DNA of 64,000 nt from an uncultured bacterium (GTDB lineage Bacteria; UBP6; UBA1177; JAKLFG01): contig CALMRE010000243.1 in the NCBI GenBank assembly GCA_937871295.1, forward strand, positions 1,027-65,026, given 5' to 3'. Made by a program: the position numbers and the translations under genes. Below are positions 10,386 through 19,704 of this stretch, piece after piece. Every line of letters begins with the position of its first letter. Within the stretch, counting starts at the first letter, position 1. Below the pieces are notes generated by a model that was not told the origin of the DNA, searched no databases, and saw only the letters and a program-made list of their open reading frames with translations.

Positions 10386-10891
10386 TGCAGACGCGCGCCG
10401 GTATCGTCACCTTCCACCGCCGCGGTCCGAAGGGTCTGTGGTACTCTCTGTTCGTGCCGGGCGAAGGCAGGGTGGACCTCTTCTCGCGGCACGACGCGTT
10501 CCTGCTGTTCGACCGCATCGAGGCGAATTTCTCGCGCCGCTGCGAGGCCTGTTTCCTTTCCGACTGGACGCTCGTCGAACGCTCGCCGCTGGCCGACCGT
10601 CCCGAACTGCTCGCCGCTGCGGGCTATTTCGGCCATCTCATCAACTGTTTCACCGACGGCGGTCCCGCCGAAGAATCTTTCGTCCACACCGCGCGACGGC
10701 TGCTCGACCGCCCGCTCACCCGGGAAACGCTCGCCGCCGCCGAAACGCTGTGGGGCCGCGCGATGGGACTAAGCGGCGCCGATACCGCGCCGGAAGGAAC
10801 GATCCTCCGCGACCATATCGGCGGTCGCGGCTTCCGTATCCGCGAACATCTTCTGAACCAACTTTCCCTGCGGGAGGAACGCCATGCCTAG
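10385..10891 (+). CDS. hypothetical protein
   Basis: 168 aa from the ATG at 10385, which overlaps the TPR gene stop as ATGA. The longer ORF from 10235 overlaps the TPR gene and is unlikely to be real. Confidence 0.45.
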   Translation: MQTRAGIVTFHRRGPKGLWYSLFVPGEGRVDLFSRHDAFLLFDRIEANFSRRCEACFLSDWTLVERSPLADRPELLAAAGYFGHLINCFTDGGPAEESFVHTARRLLDRPLTRETLAAAETLWGRAMGLSGADTAPEGTILRDHIGGRGFRIREHLLNQLSLREERHA

Positions 10892-12047
10892 CGGACCGGT
10901 CAAGGGCACCGCACTCATCACACTTCTGGACCAACTGCTTCGTCAGGAGGCGCGCGGCCGCATCGTCTTCACGCTCGACGGCAATTCGCGGTCGCTCTTC
11001 TTCGAGGATCGTCGCATCACCGGTTCGAGTTCCAACGATCCCAGCGATTATCTCGGTCAATATCTCATCAACGAAGGGGTCATCAATCTCGAACAGTTCA
11101 ACCGCGCCTACCAGACCCAACTCGAGACCGATGTCCGGATGGCGCAGGTGTTGCAACTCATCGGTCTGGCGCCGGTCGACAAACTGCGCGAAGCGATCAT
11201 CGCCAAAACTGTCGACACCGCCTTCCTCGTCTCTTCGTGGCAGGCCGGCTCGTGGGAATCGAACGACGCCTACCCCAAGGCGGTCAGCGGCGTCGAGATA
11301 AAACTGACGGTCGAGGATCTCTCGGCTCATCTGGTCAAGCGGCAGGAACAGTTCATGCGCATCATCCAGATGTTCCGGGAACTGGGCGACAGCCCCGCTA
11401 CGGCGATGAGCGACCGCGACACCTCGAACATCCGGAAACTCGACCTGATGATACTCAATCTCCTCTCCATCGGCAAAACGCTGCGCGAGACCCTCAACGC
11501 CCTGCCGGTCCACTTCTATGTCATGGCGCGCCACCTGCTCGATCTCTATCGCGAACACCTCCTCCTCCCGGGTCCCGGGACGCCTCTCAACGAGATGGAG
11601 ATATTCCAGCGGCTCACCGCCGCCAGCGGCGTTGAAAAGCCGAAGGACATAGAACAGATCTCGGCCGACGAAACGGCGAAGATATACCGCAGCGCCCACG
11701 AGGCGATGGATCGGAAAGACTACTGGAAGGCGGCGGCGCAGTTCCGTATCCTGTGCAACATCAACCCCCACAACATCGTGTTCAAGGACGCGCTCAACAA
11801 CGCCGAGTACCATTACACCCTTTCTTTCTACCGCGATATCGTCTCGCCGGCGACCCGCATCGTCAGGAATAATGCCGGCGGCATGCCGGTCGATCCGCTC
11901 GAACGGAGGATACTCGACCTGATGGAGGAACATTCCTTCACGGTGCGCGAGATCGTCGGCTATTTCGCCGACACGCTCTCCGAAGTGAAAATGCTCCACG
12001 CGCTCGAGAACCTGATCCGACGGAAACACCTCAAAGAGGAGAAATGA
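10884..12047 (+). CDS. DUF4388-domain protein
   Basis: The N-terminal GTALITLLDQLLRQEARGRIVFTLDG block matches the DUF4388 signature. 387 aa. Confidence 0.55.
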   Translation: MPSGPVKGTALITLLDQLLRQEARGRIVFTLDGNSRSLFFEDRRITGSSSNDPSDYLGQYLINEGVINLEQFNRAYQTQLETDVRMAQVLQLIGLAPVDKLREAIIAKTVDTAFLVSSWQAGSWESNDAYPKAVSGVEIKLTVEDLSAHLVKRQEQFMRIIQMFRELGDSPATAMSDRDTSNIRKLDLMILNLLSIGKTLRETLNALPVHFYVMARHLLDLYREHLLLPGPGTPLNEMEIFQRLTAASGVEKPKDIEQISADETAKIYRSAHEAMDRKDYWKAAAQFRILCNINPHNIVFKDALNNAEYHYTLSFYRDIVSPATRIVRNNAGGMPVDPLERRILDLMEEHSFTVREIVGYFADTLSEVKMLHALENLIRRKHLKEEK

Positions 12048-12883
12048 TGCGCGCCGCCGTCATACAATCCGACTGCTTCCTCGGCGATATCACCCGCAAT
12101 CTGTCGACCCACCTGCGGCTCGCCAAAGAGGCGGTGAAGGGGGGCGCGACGCTCGCGGTCTTCCCCGAACTGTCGCTGTCGGGGTATCTGCTCGAGGACC
12201 GCGTGAAGGATATCGCCCTCACCGCCCGCGCCGCGGCGGCTCTGTTCGATGACGCGGGACTGCCCGACACCGTCGTCGGCGTCGGTTTCCCCGAAAAGAC
12301 CCGCGGCGCGATCTACAACTCGTACGCACTCATCCGCTGCGGCGCGAAGAAAGCGGAACTCCTCGGCGTTCAGCGCAAGATAAATCTCCCGACCTACGGG
12401 ATGTTCGACGAAGCGCGCCATTTCCGCGCCGGTTCGTCGCTCTGCGCGTACGAACTGCCCGGCGGCGCCACCGCCGCCATCCTCATCTGCGAGGATATGT
12501 GGCACCCCGCCCTGTCGGTCTCGCTCGCGCAACTGCCCGACGGGATGCCGCACCTCCTCATCGTCCCGGCCGCCAGCCCCTCGCGCGGCTACCGCGGCAA
12601 ACGGCCCGCGAATCTCGAAGGGTGGGAACACAACGCCGAATATCTCGCCCGCGTCTACGGCGCCTCTACGCTCAACGCCCAGCGGGTCGGCGTCGAGGAC
12701 AGCCTCATCTTCGCCGGCGGCTCGGTGGCCACCGACCACGACGGTGTCATGAAGCGGGCCGACCTCTTCAAAGAAGAAATTCTTTTTGTCGACATCGATA
12801 TCGAGGCGCTCTCGCGGACCCGTGCCAAGGCGCCCGTCGTCTCGGCGCACGACCGCGAACTCCTCAGGAGTCTCTTTGCGTAG
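12044..12883 (+). CDS. carbon-nitrogen hydrolase (nitrilase superfamily), probably the glutaminase partner of NAD synthetase
   Basis: 279 aa. VFPELSLSGY and ILICEDMWHP carry the catalytic Glu and Cys of the CN-hydrolase fold. The gene sits immediately upstream of nadE. Confidence 0.75.
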   Translation: MMRAAVIQSDCFLGDITRNLSTHLRLAKEAVKGGATLAVFPELSLSGYLLEDRVKDIALTARAAAALFDDAGLPDTVVGVGFPEKTRGAIYNSYALIRCGAKKAELLGVQRKINLPTYGMFDEARHFRAGSSLCAYELPGGATAAILICEDMWHPALSVSLAQLPDGMPHLLIVPAASPSRGYRGKRPANLEGWEHNAEYLARVYGASTLNAQRVGVEDSLIFAGGSVATDHDGVMKRADLFKEEILFVDIDIEALSRTRAKAPVVSAHDRELLRSLFA

Positions 12884-12905
12884 GAAGGAGCCCCCGCCCC
12901 TCACT

Positions 12906-13733
12906 TTGCCGCCGCTCAACTGTCAACTGGCCCTCGACGCCCTTACCTTCTTCATCCGGCGCGAGACCGAACGGGCCGGGTTCGACGGCGTGGTGCTGGG
13001 CCTTTCGGGCGGCATCGATTCGGCGCTGGTCGCCTACCTCGCGGCGCGGGCGCTCGGCCCGAAGCGGGTGACGGGACTGCTCATGCCCTACCGCTCCTCG
13101 TCGAAGGGTTCGGTCGCCGACGCCAAAAAGATCGTCAAAGCGCTCGGTATCCGGCATCACCTGCTCGACATAACGGCCGCGGTCGACGGCTTTGAGAGCG
13201 GCCTCATGACCGCCCCCGACATACGCCGGGCGGGACGGCTCGGCAACGCGATGGCGCGGCTGCGGATGGTCGCGCTCTTCGACTATTCGCTCGCCCACCG
13301 CGCGATGGTGCTCGGCACCAGCAACAAAAGCGAGATAGCGCTCGGCTACGCGACGCTCTTCGGCGACAGCGCATCGGCGGTCAATCCGATCGGCGACCTC
13401 TACAAGAGCGATGTCTACGCCCTCTCGCGCCACCTCAAGATACCCGCGGCGCTCATCGACAAGGCCCCGTCGGCCGACCTGTGGGAAGGGCAGACCGACG
13501 AGGGGGAGATCGGTTTCCGCTACGCCGACATGGACCCGGTGCTCCACCAACTCCTCGACCGCCGCGAAACACCCGCCGCCGTTATCGCGCGGGGCGCCGC
13601 TCCCGAACTGGTCGGGTTCCTCTCGAAAAAAATGCTCGCGATGCACTATAAGCGCAGGATACCGGTCATCGCGAAGCTCGATACGCGGACCTTCGGGGTG
13701 GACTTCCTCTATGCAAAAGACATCCTTTCGTAG
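12906..13733 (+). CDS. nadE: NH3-dependent NAD+ synthetase
   Basis: GLSGGIDSALVAYL PP-loop and NadE-like body. There is no in-frame ATG. A TTG start at 12906 is proposed, downstream of the AGGAAGGAG SD at 12882-12890, so the start is uncertain. Confidence 0.7.
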   Translation: MPPLNCQLALDALTFFIRRETERAGFDGVVLGLSGGIDSALVAYLAARALGPKRVTGLLMPYRSSSKGSVADAKKIVKALGIRHHLLDITAAVDGFESGLMTAPDIRRAGRLGNAMARLRMVALFDYSLAHRAMVLGTSNKSEIALGYATLFGDSASAVNPIGDLYKSDVYALSRHLKIPAALIDKAPSADLWEGQTDEGEIGFRYADMDPVLHQLLDRRETPAAVIARGAAPELVGFLSKKMLAMHYKRRIPVIAKLDTRTFGVDFLYAKDILS

Positions 13734-14289
13734 AAAAAGGATCGCCCTGTTCGGCGGCAAATTCGATCCGCCCCATCTGGGGCATCAACTGACGATCTTC
13801 CTCTGTCTCGAGAAGTTCGGGATGGAGAAGGTCTGGCTCATCCCGAGCGCCGCCCATCCCTTCGGTCACCGCATGAGCCCCTTCGCCCTGCGGTTCGCGA
13901 TGTGCCGCCTCCTCGCCCTGCCGTGGCGCGGCCGCGGAAAGGTCCGCCTCCTCGACGATGAACGGCGGCTGGCGGCGCGCCCCGTCTACACCATCGATCT
14001 GGTGCGTCATCTGAAAGAAAAGTACGGCGATCACGACTATCACCTCGTCATCGGCGAGGACAACTGGAACGCCCGCGCCGAATGGAAGGAGTTCGACGAA
14101 CTGTCGAAACTGGTCACACCGCTGGTCATCGGACGCGGCGCGGCCTCGGCGATCGACCTTGCGCTTCCCGGCATATCGAGTACGGCGATACGCGAAGCGA
14201 TCGCACAGGGGGCCCCGTGGGAACACCTCGTCCCCGCCGGAGTATCCGATTTCCTGCGCAAACAGGACCTGTACCGACCAACGGATTAA
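13711..14289 (+). CDS. nadD: nicotinate-nucleotide adenylyltransferase
   Basis: IALFGGKFDPPHLGH (HxGH motif) and ISSTAIRE (ISST/SxxxxR motif). It overlaps the nadE 3' end by 23 nt. Confidence 0.85.
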   Translation: MQKTSFRRKRIALFGGKFDPPHLGHQLTIFLCLEKFGMEKVWLIPSAAHPFGHRMSPFALRFAMCRLLALPWRGRGKVRLLDDERRLAARPVYTIDLVRHLKEKYGDHDYHLVIGEDNWNARAEWKEFDELSKLVTPLVIGRGAASAIDLALPGISSTAIREAIAQGAPWEHLVPAGVSDFLRKQDLYRPTD

Positions 14290-14299
14290 GGAGGGAACC

Positions 14300-15127
14300 A
14301 TGCGCGCCTATGTGTTTCTGGCCGTTCTCACCCTGCTTTTCAGCATCTCGGTCGCCTACGAAAAACCGCCGGAGGATGGCCAGATGTTCGGCATCAACGG
14401 CGGCTACGGCGCCTACGGGGTGCTCTTCGGCCCCGGCTGTTCCAATGCGTGGAACAAGTACACCCTCTTCGACCAGTACTTCCTCAATATGCGCTACGCC
14501 AAGCGGTGGAAGGATTGGCAGATCGACGCCACGACCACCTTCTACCACGATATCGAGCGGTGGCATATCTATCTCAAGAGCGACAACTACGACGAGGCGC
14601 AGGACAAAACCCGCCCCGTCGCGAGCCGCAGCATGACCAGTATGTCGCTTTCCGAAAGCATCTTCGCGACCTACATCCACCCGAATGTCGAGGTCTCTTT
14701 CGGTCTCGGCTCGACCCAGCCGCTCCTCCAACGCAACGGCGGCGACGACGCCTCGGCCATAGACTACGGCATCTGGGGCAACGGGATATGGCTCTATCCG
14801 GTGGTCGCGGTCAAGGCGGGAAGCATGGACAAGGCCTATTTCGGCGCGGCGATGAATCTGTACGATCAGGGGATGCACACCTTCAAGGTCTGGGTCGGCG
14901 GCTATCCGCACGAAAAGGTCCATATCTTCGTCGGCAGCGGCATGGCGATCCCCAACCTGTTCAACTTCGTCGGTATCGGCAACGCGGTGAATGTCTTCTC
15001 CGGCGTCGAAGGCTGGGTCCATGACCGCGTGCTCCTGACCGCCTCTTTCTCCTACACCTTCCTCGACACCTACGCGGACCCCTCCAACAGCCTCGGCGCG
15101 AACCTCGGCGTAGCCTTCACCTTTTAG
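14300..15127 (+). CDS. outer-membrane beta-barrel protein
   Basis: SD GGAGGG, then a signal peptide, alternating aromatic/hydrophobic strands, and a C-terminal ...LGVAFTF ending in Phe. Confidence 0.5.
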   Translation: MRAYVFLAVLTLLFSISVAYEKPPEDGQMFGINGGYGAYGVLFGPGCSNAWNKYTLFDQYFLNMRYAKRWKDWQIDATTTFYHDIERWHIYLKSDNYDEAQDKTRPVASRSMTSMSLSESIFATYIHPNVEVSFGLGSTQPLLQRNGGDDASAIDYGIWGNGIWLYPVVAVKAGSMDKAYFGAAMNLYDQGMHTFKVWVGGYPHEKVHIFVGSGMAIPNLFNFVGIGNAVNVFSGVEGWVHDRVLLTASFSYTFLDTYADPSNSLGANLGVAFTF

Positions 15128-15142
15128 AAAAGAGGCCGCGGC

Positions 15143-16435
15143 ATGAAACGCCCCCTCTGCGCATGCGTCTTGTTGTTCTGCGTGAGCGCCGCCGCCGCCG
15201 AACTCGTCGTCTGGCATCCCCACCGCGGCGCGGCCGCCACGGTGCTGGAAGAACTCGCGACGCAGTTCGCCAACCACGGCAACGGCCCGCCGGTACGGCT
15301 GGTCGCCCGGTCGCCCGAAGAGCTGACCGCGCTGTTCGATGACGCCGCCGCGCGCGGCGATCTGCCCGACGCGATCATCGCGAACCACGAACACACCGGA
15401 CGCTGGGTGACCGCGGGTCGGATACTGCCCCTGCCGCTCCCCTTCGCCGGACATATCGCCGAACTGACCTTTCCGTCCGCCGTCGAGGCATTGCGATACG
15501 ACGGGCGCTCGTGGGGCATACCGCTGACCGTGTCTACCGTTGTTCTGTTCCGCCGCACCGATATCGCGCCGCATGCGCCGGCCACCACCGGCGACCTGCT
15601 CGCCGCCGCCCGCGCGTGGGTCGGGAACGACGACGAACGATCCGGTCTCGCTTTCGACACCCGTTCGATCGGCGTGCTGCGGACACTGTTGAGCGGTTTC
15701 GGCGGCGGACTCTGCATGAGCGGACCGATCGTGACCGAACGCCCCTGCATAGAGAACGACGGGAACGGCGCGGCGCTTTCGTTCCTCGCCGGATTGGTGG
15801 ACGACCGCCTGCTCCCCGCCGCCGCCGACCGGCCCGCCCTGCTCCGCTGGTTCGCCGAAGGGCGGCTCCCCTTCGTGCTGGCCGACCAGTCGTTCGCCTC
15901 CCTGCTTCCCGCCGCCATCCCCTTTGCCGCCGCACCCCTTCCCGTCGTTTCGGAGAGCGGCCTGCCGATGCGGCCGTCGCTCAAGGTCGAAGCGCTCTAT
16001 CTGGTCAACGGACCGCGGGCCGACACCGCCGCCGCGATGCGCTTCGGCGAATTCCTCGCGGCGACCCGCGGCGCCCGTCTGCGCGCGGTCCGCGGCGGGC
16101 AGACGGTCGCCACCCTGCTCACCTACGACGAGGTCGAACTTCACGACGATCCCTTTTTCGCGCTGGTGCGCCAACAGGCCGATATCGCCGAACCATTGAG
16201 TAGCCGATCCGACATGCCGCTGCTGGCCGAACCGCTCCGCAACGCCGTGCGCGCCGTACTCCAGTACGGTCATCCGCCGCAGACGGCGCTTTCCGCCGCG
16301 ATCGCCGAATATGACGAAGCGCTCCACCCTCCCTCCCTCGAGCGTCGGATCGCCCTTTCGGCGCTGGTGTTGCTGTTACTGTTCCTTCCGGCGGTGCTCT
16401 TTTCGCGGATCGCACGGAACGCGCTTCACATTTAA
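15143..16435 (+). CDS. extracellular solute-binding protein (SBP_bac_1, MalE-like) with a C-terminal TM anchor
   Basis: Signal peptide. LVVWHP...DLPDAIIANHEHTGRW...YDGRSWGIPL matches the family-1 SBP pattern. The C-terminal IALSALVLLLLFLPAVLF is a hydrophobic helix. Confidence 0.5.
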   Translation: MKRPLCACVLLFCVSAAAAELVVWHPHRGAAATVLEELATQFANHGNGPPVRLVARSPEELTALFDDAAARGDLPDAIIANHEHTGRWVTAGRILPLPLPFAGHIAELTFPSAVEALRYDGRSWGIPLTVSTVVLFRRTDIAPHAPATTGDLLAAARAWVGNDDERSGLAFDTRSIGVLRTLLSGFGGGLCMSGPIVTERPCIENDGNGAALSFLAGLVDDRLLPAAADRPALLRWFAEGRLPFVLADQSFASLLPAAIPFAAAPLPVVSESGLPMRPSLKVEALYLVNGPRADTAAAMRFGEFLAATRGARLRAVRGGQTVATLLTYDEVELHDDPFFALVRQQADIAEPLSSRSDMPLLAEPLRNAVRAVLQYGHPPQTALSAAIAEYDEALHPPSLERRIALSALVLLLLFLPAVLFSRIARNALHI

Positions 16436-16520
16436 CCATTTGTATTTCGTATACCTTTCATTTCGGACCGCGCTTTGCTGAAACAAACGGGCAACGAGAT
16501 CGCAAGGAAGGAGGTTCCCC

Positions 16521-18002
16521 ATGCGCAGAATACATATGGTGGTAACAGCGGCGTTTCTGCTCATCGCCTGCGGCGAGGAGCCGGAAAAAACACCGACCGA
16601 CAGCGCCGTCGCCACGGATGACACCGTCGTCACCGATGCCGACACCGCCGTCCCGGGCGACGATTTCTTCGCGACCGACGCCGCGAACTCCTTCCGCATG
16701 GAGTTCAAGGGGCTCATCAATTCCTACGACGACATGGCGGCAGGCAAGCAGGTGAAGGGTATCGGCAGTTTCGAATATTCCTTCAACGGCGAAAAATACT
16801 CCCCGAGCGGCGACCCCGAGGCCTACCTCAGCACCATACCCGCCGACTACGAGAACCCCGATATGGCGGGCAAGGAGTATCTGCGCATCCAACTCTACGC
16901 CGGGCCCCTCGAACAGGGGGTGAACGAGGCGGGCAACCCTTGGTACGCCTACGATTTCATTAACATCGGCACCCCGCTGGAGCGTTTCACCGCAGCGTTC
17001 GCGGACGGACAGAACATCTTCCCGCTCGACGATATCTCGTGGGCGAACCTCATGGCGCTGACGCTCACCTCGCGCGCCGACGGGAAGTATTTCTACCGCT
17101 ACTGCTACGCCGCGCTCCCGGAGCGCGACCCGACCGACGGCGCATGGTTCGTCGACCACCGCAACAACGATTCGTTCGCGGCGGGCGAGGATCTCCTCGT
17201 CTGGGCGAACCTCGCGATGGGCGAGAGACAGGTCGTGACGGCCGAGAACGAGGAGTCGATCTGCCTCTACCAGTCGCAGACGGCCGAACTTACCAAAGCG
17301 CAGTACGAGGCCGAGATAGCGAAGAGCGGAACCGAATTCGGCTGTGAGATACCGGAGAAGTACACCACCCCCTTCGCCGACGACCGGCTCCTGTTCACCT
17401 TCATCGGCGAAGTGTCGGACATCGCCAACAACGAGACGATACTCGCCTTCGCCGACTACGACATGGCGATCGGCGGCGGGGTGAAAACGGTCGCCGACTA
17501 CACCGCCTACGCCTACCACGACGACATCGGCACCGCCAACAATTATATGGTGGCGCAGACGCTCGGCAATGTCTTCGAATTCGTCCCGGGCCGCCACTTC
17601 ACCTTCGACTACACACGGCTTCTGGTGCCGCTCGCGACACTCCAAAGCCTTCCCGCCGGAGAGGGCTCGTTCGAACTATCCCTGCCGAATCTCTATTTCC
17701 AGTATATGCTGCTCGAACAGAAACTGCCCGAAAGCGGCGACTCCTACCTCAAGGGCTGCATCTACGCGATGCACACGCAGAACGAATTGAACGGCCTGTT
17801 CCTCTGCCGCGCCGGGGCGACCGATTTCCTGCCGGGCGATCCCTACCATATCGCCGGCAACATCGAAGTCTCGATGGATGCCGATTACCTGATGGAACAG
17901 AACGGCGCGGAGACCCCCGACGAACTCTGCTTCTGCTACAACGAGACGACCGGCGCGTCGATCACCTGCGAGGATTTCGATCTGATACTGGTCGATTTTT
18001 AG
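16521..18002 (+). CDS. lipoprotein with an acidic Thr/Asp-rich linker, hypothetical
   Basis: SD AAGGAAGGAGG, lipobox LLIACG, then a D/T-rich segment. No known domain recognised. Confidence 0.6.
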   Translation: MRRIHMVVTAAFLLIACGEEPEKTPTDSAVATDDTVVTDADTAVPGDDFFATDAANSFRMEFKGLINSYDDMAAGKQVKGIGSFEYSFNGEKYSPSGDPEAYLSTIPADYENPDMAGKEYLRIQLYAGPLEQGVNEAGNPWYAYDFINIGTPLERFTAAFADGQNIFPLDDISWANLMALTLTSRADGKYFYRYCYAALPERDPTDGAWFVDHRNNDSFAAGEDLLVWANLAMGERQVVTAENEESICLYQSQTAELTKAQYEAEIAKSGTEFGCEIPEKYTTPFADDRLLFTFIGEVSDIANNETILAFADYDMAIGGGVKTVADYTAYAYHDDIGTANNYMVAQTLGNVFEFVPGRHFTFDYTRLLVPLATLQSLPAGEGSFELSLPNLYFQYMLLEQKLPESGDSYLKGCIYAMHTQNELNGLFLCRAGATDFLPGDPYHIAGNIEVSMDADYLMEQNGAETPDELCFCYNETTGASITCEDFDLILVDF

Positions 18003-18011
18003 GAGGCGGTC

Positions 18012-19487
18012 ATGCGAAAGATACTATTCCTGTCGTTCATCCTCGGCGCGCTGATGCTGTCGGCCGCCGAAAAAAACCTCTTCATCGTGACAACCGATAA
18101 GATAGTCGGCTCGTCGGCGAAACTCGCCGAGTTCATCGACGCGAAGGAGGCGCGCGGGTTCACCGTAACGCTCGCCACCGAGAGCGACTACGGCGCAAAA
18201 GACAAGCAGGGCTTCGATCGGGCCGGCGCGATCCGCGCATGGCTCACGGAGAACACCGCACCGGGCGACTATCTGCTCCTCATCGGCGACGCCAACGCGC
18301 AGTACGGCGATGTTCCGATGTTCATCGTCTGGCCGCGCCACACCTACTCGGCCGACCAGTGCTTCGGCTTCGCGGTCGACTGCCGCGCCTTCGAAAGCGA
18401 CGCCCCCTACGCCGACCTCTCGGGCGACTGGGACCTAAACCAGAACGGGCAGTGGGGCGAACACGGGCTCGACGATGGCGTTGGCGGCTTCGATCTCGAC
18501 TACGAACTCATCGTCGGCCGCCTGTCGGTCCATTTCGACGACACGGGCGAACTCGACCGCATCCTCGGTCACGCCCTCGACTACATGCGCGCCCCGCAGG
18601 GTTCCATCGCATGGCGCAAGAAGATACTGCTCCCCGCCTCGTTCTACTATTTCAAGGGTCAGCAGATGCTCTCCTACACGGTGCTTAACGATATGGACGG
18701 GGCCGACACGGCCGAATGGTTCATCTACAATATCCTGTCGCAGCACGGCGGGTTCGATGTCACCCGGATGTACGAGAAGGAGGGGACGACCGTCTCCAAA
18801 TATGCGACCGATGTACCGCTGACGCGCGACAACCTCCAGAGCGAATGGCCGAAGGGCTACGGGATGGTCTTCTGGTTCGGTCACGGGCTCGATAAGGAGG
18901 TGGCGCGGACCTTCTGGAACGACGACAACGAGGACGGCGAAGTGCAGAACGAGGAGTTGCGGCAGCCGCTCTTCATCCACTCCGACGATGCGCCCGCCAT
19001 CGGGGCGCAAAGCCCCGCCTTCGTCGTGGCGGTCTCGTGCGAGGTGGGCAGCGCCCAGACGCCGTGGAACCTGACCCACGCGCTCCTCACCGAGGGGTCC
19101 GCTATCGGGATGATCGGTTCGACCAATGTGACACCGGGCGACATGACCGACTACAGCGATTTCGAGAGCGAACTCGATACCTCGACCTACGGCGCGACCA
19201 ATCTGGGGGTCAATTTCTTCGATGAGTTGATGAACGGGGAGGTAGCGGCCAAGGTCTTCGCCGATGTGCGGCGGACCGTCGGGACCTCTCCCTCCATCGA
19301 GACCTACGCCGGGAAGATGATGCTCAACTACTACGGCGACCCGACCTTATCGCTTAACAGTTCCGCCGCCGACGCGCCGGATGAAGAAATCACCCCCGAC
19401 GAAGATACGGCCACCGACACCGAAACGCCCGACATCGATACCGCCGACAATTCATCCGACGGCGGATGTGCGCTAACATTGTTGTAG
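18012..19487 (+). CDS. peptidase family C25 (gingipain-like) cysteine protease
   Basis: Signal peptide. LLLIGD..., VFWFGHGL and VAVSCEVGSAQ resemble the C25 His/Cys dyad context. The C-terminus ends abruptly (...SSDGGCALTLL) and the stop codon lies inside the TIR of the adjacent palindromic element. Confidence 0.55.
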   Translation: MRKILFLSFILGALMLSAAEKNLFIVTTDKIVGSSAKLAEFIDAKEARGFTVTLATESDYGAKDKQGFDRAGAIRAWLTENTAPGDYLLLIGDANAQYGDVPMFIVWPRHTYSADQCFGFAVDCRAFESDAPYADLSGDWDLNQNGQWGEHGLDDGVGGFDLDYELIVGRLSVHFDDTGELDRILGHALDYMRAPQGSIAWRKKILLPASFYYFKGQQMLSYTVLNDMDGADTAEWFIYNILSQHGGFDVTRMYEKEGTTVSKYATDVPLTRDNLQSEWPKGYGMVFWFGHGLDKEVARTFWNDDNEDGEVQNEELRQPLFIHSDDAPAIGAQSPAFVVAVSCEVGSAQTPWNLTHALLTEGSAIGMIGSTNVTPGDMTDYSDFESELDTSTYGATNLGVNFFDELMNGEVAAKVFADVRRTVGTSPSIETYAGKMMLNYYGDPTLSLNSSAADAPDEEITPDEDTATDTETPDIDTADNSSDGGCALTLL

Positions 19488-19643
19488 GGGCGCGCCAACG
19501 GCACGCCCTGCGTTTTTCAAACACCCACCGACGCTTCGCGTCACCTCCCTGCGACAGGGAGGCACCACGCGGAAGGCCCCCTGATGCAGGGGGCTTGCGG
19601 GGGTGTAGAGTTTAGGGCGTCCCGATGGGAACGCCCCTACAAT
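19482..19643. repeat. 161-bp palindromic MITE/REP-like element
   Basis: An 11-bp perfect terminal inverted repeat, TTGTAGGGGCG at 19482-19492 and CGCCCCTACAA at 19632-19642, with 13 of 15 matching when extended. Two internal perfect hairpins lie at 19544-19562 and 19576-19594. A TTTTT run sits at 19513-19517. Confidence 0.45.
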
Positions 19644-19704
19644 ATTGAATTTCTCCCCTTCCCCGCTATAATCCACCCAACGACCGGACGAAAGGGAGGA
19701 TATC

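Noticed and set aside
14126-16327. 733-aa ORF antisense to the OMP and solute-binding protein genes
   Set aside because: It spans two sense genes that each have their own SD and signal peptide. It is Gly/Arg-rich with no recognisable domain.
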